From an uncultured delta proteobacterium (GTDB taxonomy: Bacteria > Myxococcota_A > Polyangia > Haliangiales > Haliangiaceae): a DNA stretch of 64,000 nucleotides. The DNA lies in assembly GCA_963848295.1 (NCBI GenBank), contig CAWKDB010000011.1, positions 512,001-576,000 of the forward strand. The letters are read 5' to 3'. Of this stretch, positions 51,928 to 61,488 are shown in pieces. A model generated the notes under the pieces. That model searched no databases, was not told where the DNA came from, and saw only the letters and a program-made list of their open reading frames with translations. Within the stretch, counting starts at the first letter, position 1. Every line of letters starts with the position of its first letter. Both the position numbers and the translations under genes were made by a program.

Positions 51928-52875
51928 CTAGGTCGAGGCCGGTGCGGGCGGTGCGAACGGCGGCGGCGGCGGCGGCGACGGTAGCGGCGGCGCGAACATC
52001 GGCTGCGCGGGTGGCGGCACATAGACCGGCGCCGGTGCCGCCGGCGGCTCGAGCGGTCGCGCGCCGCCGAACGGGATGCGGACCATGAGGCCGATGCCCG
52101 GCCCGGACTCGATCGGATTGGTCGTCACGGTCTGGTGGACCAAGAGGCTGATCTTGACCGCGTCCGACACCTCGTACTCGACGCCCGCGTGGAGCGTGAC
52201 GTTGAACGGGCCATTTTGGACGTCGGCGTCGCTGTCTGGATCCTGCGTGTAGATCAGGCCCGTGATCGTCGGTTGGTTACGCGCGGTGACGCCGCCGAAC
52301 AGCGTGAGCGGGCCGCTGTGGTAGCTCGGCGTAATGCCGAACGCGAGCGTCGGCACGAGATCGCTGCCGCGATCGGAGTACGTGAAACCGGGCGAGTCGC
52401 AGTTCGTCGAGACACACGTCGTGTACTGGACCCACGGTACCGACCAGAACATCAGCTCGGTCGACACGCCGATCCGCCAGTGCGGGTTCGACGTCGCGAT
52501 CGACCACGCGAAGCCAGTACCCGCCCCGATCACGTCGCTGTCGTGGAGGTTCGGCAGGCTCGCACTGACCGCCTGCCCGGTCGCGGACAAGCCTTGCTCG
52601 TACGCGCCCCAGATCATGCCGCTCGATCCGACCCGGAGCGCGATCTCGCCGCGCAGCTGCGTGCCTGGCACGACGTCGCCCGCTCGCGGGTCACCTGCGG
52701 TCGGAGCCACCATGTCGGCGACGTTGCTCGCACCGAGCCCGAGCTGCCCGACCGATTGCATCGGCTGACCGTCGATCGCCATCGGCGTCGAGTGCGGCAC
52801 GAGCGCGGCGCGATTCTGCGTATAGGTCTGGCAGCCGCAGGCAAGGATCAACGCGAGAGCGACGGACAGACGCAT
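51928..52875 (-). CDS. Hypothetical lipoprotein, beta-strand-rich with Pro-rich C-tail
   Basis: MRLSVALALILACGC lipobox; amphipathic beta-strand patterns; poly-Pro tail. Confidence 0.7.
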   Translation of the reverse strand: MRLSVALALILACGCQTYTQNRAALVPHSTPMAIDGQPMQSVGQLGLGASNVADMVAPTAGDPRAGDVVPGTQLRGEIALRVGSSGMIWGAYEQGLSATGQAVSASLPNLHDSDVIGAGTGFAWSIATSNPHWRIGVSTELMFWSVPWVQYTTCVSTNCDSPGFTYSDRGSDLVPTLAFGITPSYHSGPLTLFGGVTARNQPTITGLIYTQDPDSDADVQNGPFNVTLHAGVEYEVSDAVKISLLVHQTVTTNPIESGPGIGLMVRIPFGGARPLEPPAAPAPVYVPPPAQPMFAPPLPSPPPPPPFAPPAPAST

Positions 52876-52888
52876 GGGCGTTGCCAAA

Positions 52889-52903
52889 GCAAGGGCCGGA
52901 CCA
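52889..52903 (-). promoter_or_regulatory. Candidate sigma54 (-24/-12) promoter
   Basis: TGGTCCGGCCCTTGC = TGG-N10-GC with TTGC, 13 nt upstream of the ATG at 52875. Confidence 0.55.
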
Positions 52904-52977
52904 CGCGAGGTGCGGTGACGTTGTGCCCACTTGCGCGGCTCGACTCGGCGCGTGATGACCGACCTCGGACAGCGGCG

Positions 52978-54150
52978 TCAGAGGTCCGGCGTCACGTAGT
53001 CGCCGATCGTGTCGCGGCGGAGCATCTCGTCGATCTGCTGGGCCTGGTGCTCGCTGCCTTGGCTCCATCGCGTGTCGACGCCGTAGGCCTTCGCGAGCTC
53101 GACGTTCATGCGATGGCCTTCGAGTGCTTTCTGCAAGTGCTCGCGGACCCGGTCGTGGACCTCGGCGACGTACGTACGCCGGGTCGCCGCGTCGATCCGC
53201 GTCGGATACGGCGCCTTGACCGTCGCCTGCCATAGCTCGACGAAGATCTGCGACATCTGATAGCCCGCGGCGGTCGCCCAGTACGCCTGTTTGAAGTCGA
53301 GGCTGTCGCGCCAGCGATCGTACGCCTCGGCCGCGAGCACGCGCTTGTGATCGAGATCCGCGATCAGCACGTCATCGGGCAGCCGGACCGGCGCTTCGAG
53401 GAATCGGCGGTGCGCGAGCTCGCCGCGATAGTAGTAGGCCATCGCGATGTAATAGGGGTCATCGAGGTGGGGCGCGTCGTGCCACTCGTTGACCGCTTGT
53501 TGCAGCGCACGGTCGGCGTCGTCGTAGCGATCGAGCTCGATCAACGCGTAGCCCTTGCGCGCGTCGGCTTCGATCCGATCGGCGTAGGTCAAGTTCGTGC
53601 GCGCGAGCACCTCGTCGAGCGTGGCGACCGCATCGGCCCAGCCCCCGTGATCGGCCTGGATCGCGGCGATGTAGAGGTGGCCGTCGATCGACTCGCGCGA
53701 GTCGGGGTAGCGCTTGACCAGCTCGCGCAGCGCGTCGACCGTCGCGACCGGGTCGCCGCGGCCATCGAGGATCGCCGCGATATCGAACAGCGAGGTCGGG
53801 GCGTACAGCGACTCGGGGAAGTCATCGGTGATCTCGCGGTAGCGCGCGATCGCGGCATCGCCCCGCCCCGCCTTCGCATCTTCGGTGGCCTGCTTGAACA
53901 GATCGGCGGTCGCGACGTGGTCGAGCTCGACCTCGCCGTTCGGACCTTTCGGCGTCGCGCGAATCCGGATGATGTCGAGATCTATGACGCGGGGATCTTT
54001 TGCCTCGATCGCCGTGCGCTCGGCTGCGGGCGATGGCGTCGCCGGTCGCGCGCTGGAGAGATCTCGCGCGGGCGCGCTGGTCGGCAGGGTCGAATGGGCC
54101 GGCGCGGCTGCACACGCAGCGACGACCGAGACGAGCCACGCGAACCGCAT
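52978..54150 (-). CDS. TPR-repeat lipoprotein
   Basis: Lipobox VAAC; repeated AIARYREI..DFPES / LRELVKRYPDS TPR motifs. Confidence 0.8.
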   Translation of the reverse strand: MRFAWLVSVVAACAAAPAHSTLPTSAPARDLSSARPATPSPAAERTAIEAKDPRVIDLDIIRIRATPKGPNGEVELDHVATADLFKQATEDAKAGRGDAAIARYREITDDFPESLYAPTSLFDIAAILDGRGDPVATVDALRELVKRYPDSRESIDGHLYIAAIQADHGGWADAVATLDEVLARTNLTYADRIEADARKGYALIELDRYDDADRALQQAVNEWHDAPHLDDPYYIAMAYYYRGELAHRRFLEAPVRLPDDVLIADLDHKRVLAAEAYDRWRDSLDFKQAYWATAAGYQMSQIFVELWQATVKAPYPTRIDAATRRTYVAEVHDRVREHLQKALEGHRMNVELAKAYGVDTRWSQGSEHQAQQIDEMLRRDTIGDYVTPDL

Positions 54151-54253
54151 ACCTAGTTATGACGCACGTCGGGGCGATTTGTGCGGCGAGCTCGCGCGCT
54201 AGTTTTGCTTGACGGATACCCCTGTCACACCGTCTTGTTAGCGTTCGAATCGC

Positions 54254-56548
54254 ATGAAGGTCGCGTTCACACATAACCTCCGCATCACCGACGTTCGCGA
54301 CTCCGAAAAAGAAGCGGAGTACGACAGCGCCGACACCGTCAACGCGATCGCGACCGCGATCGAAGCGGCCGGCCACGAGGTGGAGCGCATCGAGGCCTCG
54401 GGCCCGGCGTCGAACCTGCTCGATCGCCTCGAAGCGATCGATCCCGACCTGATCTTCAACACCGCCGAAGGCGATCGCGGCCGGATGCGCGAAGCGTTCT
54501 ACCCTGCACTCTTTGAAGAGCTCGGGATCCCGTACACGGGATCGGACGCGTACACGGACGCGATCACGCTCGACAAGTGGCTGACCAAGCTCATCGTCAA
54601 CAAGGCTGGGGTCGACACCGCGCGCGGCGTGCTGGTCACCGTCCGCAACTTCGACCAGATCCTCGAGCGCGGCGCCGGCCTCGCGTTCCCGGTGATCGTC
54701 AAGCCGAACTACGAAGGCTCGAGCAAGGGGATCTACAATCTATCTCCCGGCAACGGCGCGCTCGGCTCGTCGGTGATCAAGGAGCCGAAGGAGCTCGCGG
54801 CGACACTCAAGGCCGCGCTGCGCGCGTATCCCGACGGCGTGCTGATCGAGGAGTACATCGATGGCAGCGACGTCGCCGTCGGCTTCATCGACGGGATCGG
54901 CCACGACGACGGCCTGCTCACACCGGTCGAGCTGATCTACGAGGCGAGCGACAAGCCATTCAACATCTACGACTATCGGCTCAAGAACCTCGAGCCCGGC
55001 AAGGTCCAGTACCGGTGCCCGGCGAACCTGCCGCGCGATGTCGCGGCGCGGTTGCGCCAGATCTCGACCGAGGTCGTGCGCGCGCTCGGCCTGCGCGATG
55101 TGGCGCGGCTCGACTATCGGGTGACCACCGAGGGCCGGATCTACTTGCTCGAGGTCAACGCGCTGCCGTCGCTCGCGGCGGGCTCGTCGCTGTTCGCGGC
55201 GACCGCGCAGCTCGGCATGACCTTCGGCGCCACGATCGCGGCGATCCTGAACGCGGCGGCGTTGCGCTCGGGCCTGGCGACCGCGAGCCAGCTCGGGGTC
55301 ACCAAGCAGCGCAAGGCGCAGCCGATTCGCGTCGGCTTCACCTACAACGTCAAGCGCACGAAGGCGACCGACGACGAGGCCGAGTGGGATCCGCCCGAGA
55401 CGATCATCGCGATCGCGAACGCGCTCGCGCGCCAAGGCCACATCGTCGTCCACCTCGAAGCGACGCCGGACTTGCCGAGGGTGCTCGCCGAAGCCGACGT
55501 CGACCTGATCTTCAACATCGCCGAGGGCGTCGAAGGCCGCAACCGCGAGGCGCAAGTGCCGGCGCTGTGCGAGCTGCTCGGCATCCCCTACACCGGCAGC
55601 GACTCGGCGACGCTCGCGATCGCGCTCGACAAGGCGCTCGGCAAGAAGGTGCTGCTCCAGCACGACATCCTGACGCCGGCGTTCCAGGTGATGGAGAGCT
55701 CGCGCGAGCGGCTATCGCCCGAGATGCGGTTCCCGCTGATCGTCAAGCCGAACGCCGAGGGCTCGAGCAAGGGCATCGGCTCGACCAGCGTGTGCGACAA
55801 CGAGGAAGAGCTGCGCGCTGCGGTGAAAGAAGTCGTCGAGCGCTACCGCCAGCCGGCGCTCGTCGAGGAGTACATCGCCGGCCGCGAGTTCACGGTCGGC
55901 CTACTCGGCGACAAGCGGCCGCGCGTGCTGCCGCCGATGGAGATCCGGTTCAAGAAGGACAACCCGCGCCCGGTCTACGACTACGCGGTCAAGCAAGAGT
56001 GGGAAGACCACGTGTATTACGAGTGCCCGGCGAAGCTGACCGAGGCCGAGCAGAAGGCGATGGAGAAGATCGCGCGCGCCACGTTCTGGGCGCTCGACTG
56101 TCGGGACGTCGCGCGGGTCGACTTGCGGATGGACGCCGAGGGCAAGATCTACGTGCTCGAGGTCAACCCGCTGCCCGGCCTGACGCCGGGCTACTCCGAT
56201 CTCGTGCTGATCGCGAAGGCGTGCGGGATGGAATACGACCAGCTGATCGCCGAGATCATGACCGGCGGTCTGCGCCGGATGCGCGACAAGCGGCGGGAAG
56301 AGCGCGAGCTCGAGCGCGAGACGAAGGCCGGCGCGCCCGCTGCTGCAGCGGCGGCGGCGAAGGAAGAGAAGGACAAGGCCAAGCGGGTCGCGAAGCTGCC
56401 GACCGTGGTCGCCGGTGGCCATGCGGTCGCGGCCGTCGAAGCGGCCCCGGTCCGGGTCAAGCGCGAGCGCAGCGAGCCGGTGCCGCGCGCTCAGAGCGAG
56501 AGCGAGCCGGTCGATCCGCCGATCGTCACGCCGACGACGACGAACTGA
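54254..56548 (+). CDS. Tandem double D-Ala-D-Ala-ligase-like ATP-grasp protein
   Basis: Two copies each of DLIFN.AEG..GR.REA, LGIPYTGSD, FP.IVKPN.EGSSKGI, EEYI.G, RDVAR.D.R, LEVN.LP. Confidence 0.9.
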   Translation: MKVAFTHNLRITDVRDSEKEAEYDSADTVNAIATAIEAAGHEVERIEASGPASNLLDRLEAIDPDLIFNTAEGDRGRMREAFYPALFEELGIPYTGSDAYTDAITLDKWLTKLIVNKAGVDTARGVLVTVRNFDQILERGAGLAFPVIVKPNYEGSSKGIYNLSPGNGALGSSVIKEPKELAATLKAALRAYPDGVLIEEYIDGSDVAVGFIDGIGHDDGLLTPVELIYEASDKPFNIYDYRLKNLEPGKVQYRCPANLPRDVAARLRQISTEVVRALGLRDVARLDYRVTTEGRIYLLEVNALPSLAAGSSLFAATAQLGMTFGATIAAILNAAALRSGLATASQLGVTKQRKAQPIRVGFTYNVKRTKATDDEAEWDPPETIIAIANALARQGHIVVHLEATPDLPRVLAEADVDLIFNIAEGVEGRNREAQVPALCELLGIPYTGSDSATLAIALDKALGKKVLLQHDILTPAFQVMESSRERLSPEMRFPLIVKPNAEGSSKGIGSTSVCDNEEELRAAVKEVVERYRQPALVEEYIAGREFTVGLLGDKRPRVLPPMEIRFKKDNPRPVYDYAVKQEWEDHVYYECPAKLTEAEQKAMEKIARATFWALDCRDVARVDLRMDAEGKIYVLEVNPLPGLTPGYSDLVLIAKACGMEYDQLIAEIMTGGLRRMRDKRREERELERETKAGAPAAAAAAAKEEKDKAKRVAKLPTVVAGGHAVAAVEAAPVRVKRERSEPVPRAQSESEPVDPPIVTPTTTN

Positions 56549-56619
56549 TTCGACGAAGCCGGCCGGTGGCCGATCGTATTTCGAGCAGCGGCCAGCGCGG
56601 CTCGCTATGCTCATCGGCG

Positions 56620-57110
56620 GTGAGTGAAACGCCCGAGGCGTCGCTTGGACTGAAGTCGGCGAGACTGCGCCAGACAGCTCCGACGAAGATCGTGAGCTGG
56701 GTCGTGCTGCTCGCGTTGTTCACCGCGCTGGCAACCGCGTTCCAGGGCGGCAGAGACGCGAAGATCGCGGGCGAGCTCGCGCTCGCGATCTTTGTCGGTT
56801 TGGTCGTTCTGATCGCCGTCATGGCGAGGCGCTTCCGCCGCCAATGGCGACAGTTCGCAGCCGACAACGCGACCGGCGCAGCCGCGCTCGCCCGCGGCGA
56901 CCTCGCGATCGCGCGCGACATCTTTTTGCGCTGGGGGTCGAAGACCCGGATTCCCAGAACCTCCGCGTTCGCCCGCCACAATCTCGGTCAGACGCTGATG
57001 CGCCAGGGTTAGCTGCAAGAGGCGGCCGACATCCTCGCCGACAACCACGCTGGCAATCACAAGTCGCTGGCCGCCGTGATGCTGCTCCCCGTCAGCGCGG
57101 TGACCATCGC
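56620..57110 (+). pseudogene. Probable truncated membrane/TPR protein gene with in-frame TAG at 57010
   Basis: GTG at 56620; two TM segments, then ARHNLGQTLMRQG*LQEAADIL, a TPR helix pair split by TAG; 3' boundary uncertain. Confidence 0.5.
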
Positions 57111-57215
57111 TAGGGGCCGGCGCAGCGACGCGCATCCGTTCCGCGCTTCTCTCGGTCGGGCTCGGGCTGGACCCGATTGGCCGTCTTGTGACCGAGCGCG
57201 CTATGCTGGGCTGGG

Positions 57216-58697
57216 ATGAAGGTCGCGACGCGAATCACGGCTGCGACCGCCGTCGTGGTCGCGATCGCGGCCGCGGCGTACGCGACGTTCGACCTGCGCG
57301 GCCGCGCGACCGAGCGCCGACTCGGACTCGATCGCGAGGCGCGCTCGGTGGCGAGCACGTTGCGCGCTACGATCGAGCCGATGGCCTCGGCGTTTCGCAC
57401 GCCGACCGACGCGCAGCTCGCCGACTTCGCGCGCGCGACCAACGGCTGGAAGGTCGCGGTGATCCCGCGCGGACGAGCGGCCGATGGCACCGACCTGACG
57501 CCCGGCGAGCTGCGCCGCGTCCGCACGATGATCGATGTGCCGCAACCGAGGTCAGAGCTCGCCGGCGACACCTATTTCTACGATCTCGCGCTGCGCGCCG
57601 GACCGTCGAACGCAGAGCCCGCCGTGCTCGGCATGCTCGAGATCAGCCGCAAAGGCGACGTGCTCGAGACCACGAGCGACGACTTGTTGCGAGCGGGCGC
57701 ACTCGTGATGCTGATCGTCGCGGTGACGACGGTCGTCGTCGGCGCGCTCGCGAGCCGGCTCGTGTCGCGGCCGATCACGAAGCTGCTGACCGGCATCGAC
57801 GATGTCGCGAAGGGCGACTTGTCGCACGTGATCCTGTCCGAGCGTGACGACGAGATCGGCCAGATCGCGACGCGGTTCAACGACATGACGTTCTCGTTGC
57901 GCGAGTCACGCGGTGAGACCCAGCGCCAGAACGAAGCGAAGCTCGCGCTCGAACAGCGCCTCGGCCAGACCGAGAAGCTAGCGACGATCGGCCAGCTCGC
58001 GGCGGAGATCGCGCACGAGGTCGGCACCCCGCTCAACGTGATCGCCGGTCGCGCCCGCTCGATCCAGAAAAAATCGCGCGACCAGGAAGCGGTCGAGAAG
58101 AACGCCGAGATCGTCGCGGAGCAGACCGCGCGGATCACGCGCATCATCCAACGCCTGCTCGACTTCACGCGGCGCAAGGTCGGCGCGATCGGCAAGGCCG
58201 ACATCAACCTCAACGAGCTGTCGCTTACGACGATGGAGCTGCTCTCCGGGCAATTCTCGAGCGCGAAGGTCAAGACCCGGCTCGAGCGCGCCGAAGGTCT
58301 ACCGCGCGTCGCCGGCGACTCCGATCGCTTGCAGCAGGTCATGATCAACCTGCTGCTCAATGCGGTGCAAGCGATGCCCGAAGGTGGTGCGCTCGCGCTC
58401 GAGACCAAGGTCGTCCGCCGCGCCCGGCCTGGCCTCGAGGGTGGCGCCGAGCAGGCGTTCGTCACCTTCGCGGTGTCCGACACCGGAGTCGGCATCCCCG
58501 CCGACATCAAAGACAAGATCTTCGACCCGTTCTACACCACGAAGGAAGGCACCGGCGGCACCGGCCTAGGCCTCGCGGTGTGCTCGGGCATCGTCAAAGA
58601 GCACGACGGCTGGATCGATCTCGAAGACGTCAGAGGCGGCGGCACCGTCTTCCGCGTCTACCTCCCGGCCGGGGACGCTGTCTCTTCTGTCAACTAA
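57216..58697 (+). CDS. Membrane sensor histidine kinase (HAMP-HisKA-HATPase)
   Basis: Two TMs, DEIGQIATRFNDM, EIAHEVGTPL, QQVMINLLLNA, DTGVGI, FDPFYTTK, GTGLGL. Confidence 0.96.
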   Translation: MKVATRITAATAVVVAIAAAAYATFDLRGRATERRLGLDREARSVASTLRATIEPMASAFRTPTDAQLADFARATNGWKVAVIPRGRAADGTDLTPGELRRVRTMIDVPQPRSELAGDTYFYDLALRAGPSNAEPAVLGMLEISRKGDVLETTSDDLLRAGALVMLIVAVTTVVVGALASRLVSRPITKLLTGIDDVAKGDLSHVILSERDDEIGQIATRFNDMTFSLRESRGETQRQNEAKLALEQRLGQTEKLATIGQLAAEIAHEVGTPLNVIAGRARSIQKKSRDQEAVEKNAEIVAEQTARITRIIQRLLDFTRRKVGAIGKADINLNELSLTTMELLSGQFSSAKVKTRLERAEGLPRVAGDSDRLQQVMINLLLNAVQAMPEGGALALETKVVRRARPGLEGGAEQAFVTFAVSDTGVGIPADIKDKIFDPFYTTKEGTGGTGLGLAVCSGIVKEHDGWIDLEDVRGGGTVFRVYLPAGDAVSSVN

Positions 58698-58798
58698 CGG
58701 TCGCGCGCCCCTACGCTAACTCCAGTCGCAGCGCGGAGTTTCCTGGGGACGCTGTCACTATTGTCAACTTGTTGCGCAGGCTGAGCAACCGCCGCCCC

Positions 58799-61114
58799 TC
58801 AGTCGTCCACGATGATCCGGCCCTCGCCATAGGCCTGGCCGCCGGACAGCGCGGTCACGTTGCGCTCGGTGTTCGCATCGAGCTCGACACCGCGGTTGCG
58901 CAGCATGTTCGCCGCGTTCTGGCGGGTCCCTTGTGCGGCGTTCGGGTTATCGACGATCTGCTCGAGCGTCTCGTCGACCTCCGTGCCGCCGTTGTACGAG
59001 TTGCCGATCGCGCTGTTCGCGATCTGCTCGTCGCTATCTAGCATCATCTGCGCGAGCTCTTGGCCGGCGCGCGGGTCGTCGAGCTGGCCGAGGCTGCTGA
59101 TCGCGGTGACGCGCTCTTCGGTCGTGCCGTGGCTCGCCGCATCGAGGATCGCCTCCTGGGCGCGCTCGGACCCGAGCTGGCCGAGGGTAGACATCGCGGC
59201 CGAGCGCACGCTCGGATCGCTGTCGTGCGTCATCTTGAGCAGCGTATCGGTCGACTCGTCGGTGGGGTTCTGGCCCAGCGTCTGGACCGCCGCCATCCGC
59301 ATGTTCGGCTCGGTCGAAGCGAGCGCGCGGTCGATCAGCTTGCGCGCTTCGGGCGTGCCCGAGGATGCGAGCGCCCACATCATGCTGCCGGCGGCGTTCT
59401 GATCCTTCGCGCTGATCGCGTCGTCGGCGAGCTTGAGCCCTTCAGGGGCCCCGGCGTTGATCAGCTGGTTCGCGATCTGGCCACGCAGCCCGGGGTTGTT
59501 CGCAGCCGCCGACAAGAGCGCCTGCTTGACGGTGTCGTTGAGCCCACCTTGCGCGAGCGCGTTCGCCGCCTCCTGCGCGAGCTCTTGGTTCTTGCCGGTC
59601 AGGGCGGTGACGAGCGCGGTCCGCGCGTCGTCGGTGCCGATCCGGCCGAGCGTGTTCGCGGCTTGCGCTTGCTCGTCGCGCCGCCCCGAGAACAACGCAT
59701 CGGCGAGCATCTGGTTGACCGCGGGGTCCGACGGGTGAGTCTGCGCGAGCAGCTCGAGCGCTTGCGATCGCGTCTGGCCGCGCTCCTTCCCGGCGATGTC
59801 GATCAGCGCGTCGAAGCCTTGTTGAGCACCAGAATCGGCGAGCACGCGCATGACTTCGAACTTGTCGTTCCGCGAGCCGTTCTTTGCGAGGTCGATCGCG
59901 AGCGCGAACGCGTCGGGGTTGCCGGCCTTGAGCAGGCGCGGCAGGACGGCGCGGCGCTCGGCGGTCGTGCCTTGCTTGAGCACGCTGACCAGCGCGGCGT
60001 CGATGTCATCGCCTTGCAGGGTCGCGAGCTGAGCGAGCGCGCCGGTGGGCTCGCCGCGGTCGGACATCGCGACTTCGATCAGCAGCGCGCGCGCTTTCGC
60101 GCCGCCGAGGCCCGCCAGCACCTGCGCGGCGACCTGCGCGGCCTGGCGATCGCCGGTCTTGAGCACCTCGCCGAGCAGATCGATCGCGTCGTCGCCGCCG
60201 ATCTCTCCGATCGCACTGACCGCGGTCCACCGCGTCTGCTGGCCACCGTGCAACGCCGCTTCGCGCAGCACCGGCAACGCCGCTGCACCGGCCTTGCCGA
60301 GCGCGGCCAGAGCGCCGTTGACGAGTTGCGGATCGCCCGAGTGCACGACGTTCGAAAGCTTGTCGAGCAGCGCGTCATCGACCGTGTCGATCTGACCGAG
60401 CGCGAGCGCCGCGATCCGCGTGTCGGGCGCATCGATCAGCGCGAGCACCGCTTTGCGCGACATCGGGCTCGCGACCGCGCCGAGCGCGCTGACCGCGGCC
60501 GAGGCGACCGTGAAGTCCTGGTTCTTCGTCAGCTCGATCAGCTTGGCGGTGGCGCGATCGGTGCCGAGCTGGCCGAGCGCCGCGACCGTGGTCGTCTGCG
60601 CCGGATCGGTGGCCTTGTCGGCCAGCGCGAGCAACAGCTCTTCGGCCTTCGCGCTGTGCGTCGCGCCGAGCGCGTAGATCGCTGCGCCGCGGACCGACAC
60701 GCGATCGTCGGCGAGCGTTTCGGCGAGCACCTCGACCGCGCGCTGCGTCGCGATCTGCCCGAACGCCGCGAGTAGCGCCTCGGGCACGCCGCGGCGCGCG
60801 TCGGCGAGCATCGGCCGGAGGCTCTCGACCGCCTCGTCATCGCCGACCGCGCCCAGCTTGTCCGCGAGGATCATGACATCGCGCACGGTCGCGGCCGACT
60901 GGATCCGGGCGATGAGATCGGCTTGCGAGACGCCGATCGCCGAGGCGGGAACGCGGATCGGCCGGCGGAGCTGGAGCGGCAAGGCTTCGCGGGGCGCATC
61001 GGCGAGCGCGGCAGGAGCGTCCTGATGGCCGGCGCGACGAGCGCGCACGGTGGCCACTCCGGCAACCGCCGCAAACAGGGCACACGCTAGCTTCCAGCGG
61101 GATAAGGTGGTCAA
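58799..61114 (-). CDS. HEAT-repeat protein with N-terminal membrane anchor/signal
   Basis: TTG start with GAAGGAG SD; many VR.AA..ALG.(I/L)G repeats. Confidence 0.88.
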   Translation of the reverse strand: MTTLSRWKLACALFAAVAGVATVRARRAGHQDAPAALADAPREALPLQLRRPIRVPASAIGVSQADLIARIQSAATVRDVMILADKLGAVGDDEAVESLRPMLADARRGVPEALLAAFGQIATQRAVEVLAETLADDRVSVRGAAIYALGATHSAKAEELLLALADKATDPAQTTTVAALGQLGTDRATAKLIELTKNQDFTVASAAVSALGAVASPMSRKAVLALIDAPDTRIAALALGQIDTVDDALLDKLSNVVHSGDPQLVNGALAALGKAGAAALPVLREAALHGGQQTRWTAVSAIGEIGGDDAIDLLGEVLKTGDRQAAQVAAQVLAGLGGAKARALLIEVAMSDRGEPTGALAQLATLQGDDIDAALVSVLKQGTTAERRAVLPRLLKAGNPDAFALAIDLAKNGSRNDKFEVMRVLADSGAQQGFDALIDIAGKERGQTRSQALELLAQTHPSDPAVNQMLADALFSGRRDEQAQAANTLGRIGTDDARTALVTALTGKNQELAQEAANALAQGGLNDTVKQALLSAAANNPGLRGQIANQLINAGAPEGLKLADDAISAKDQNAAGSMMWALASSGTPEARKLIDRALASTEPNMRMAAVQTLGQNPTDESTDTLLKMTHDSDPSVRSAAMSTLGQLGSERAQEAILDAASHGTTEERVTAISSLGQLDDPRAGQELAQMMLDSDEQIANSAIGNSYNGGTEVDETLEQIVDNPNAAQGTRQNAANMLRNRGVELDANTERNVTALSGGQAYGEGRIIVDD

Positions 61115-61454
61115 GGCAGCTCCTTCAGCACATCTGTGTCAAACGAACGCCAATTGGTAACGATCCATTCCGGTTTGCCGGTCAGGTCCATGTAAGCGAT
61201 CGGCACCACGTCGTCGGGGATGTGACAGCTTCCAAGCTGCACGGTTCCGCCCGTCGAGTGGGAAGGCTTCCGCTGGCAACCACGTAGCGCCCCGAGGTGT
61301 CTCAGGGGTTGCCGCTGTCGCAGGCCGGCACTCCAGTTCGAGCGTGAGCCAGCGTTGCGGTCGAGCCGGCGCGCATGATCGCCGAGAGTCCCGTGGTCCG
61401 CAAGCGCTCGCTGAGCGGGGCCGCTCGATCGTCGTTTTGACCTGCGCCCGTCGA

Positions 61455-61482
61455 TTGACGCTCGACGAGGGGTCCGTAGACT
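61455..61482 (+). promoter_or_regulatory. Sigma70-type promoter, probably giving leaderless dksA/traR mRNA
   Basis: TTGACG-16 nt-TAGACT, then 6 nt to the ATG at 61489; no SD. Confidence 0.7.
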
Positions 61483-61488
61483 GAAGTC

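Noticed and set aside
57010..57012. Pyrrolysine or amber recoding
   Set aside because: No pyl genes or suppressor tRNA in the window; TAG is used as a normal stop in many genes here.
54577..57012. 811-aa plus-strand ORF
   Set aside because: Out-of-frame overlap with the Ddl-like gene; only the part from 56620 looks coding.
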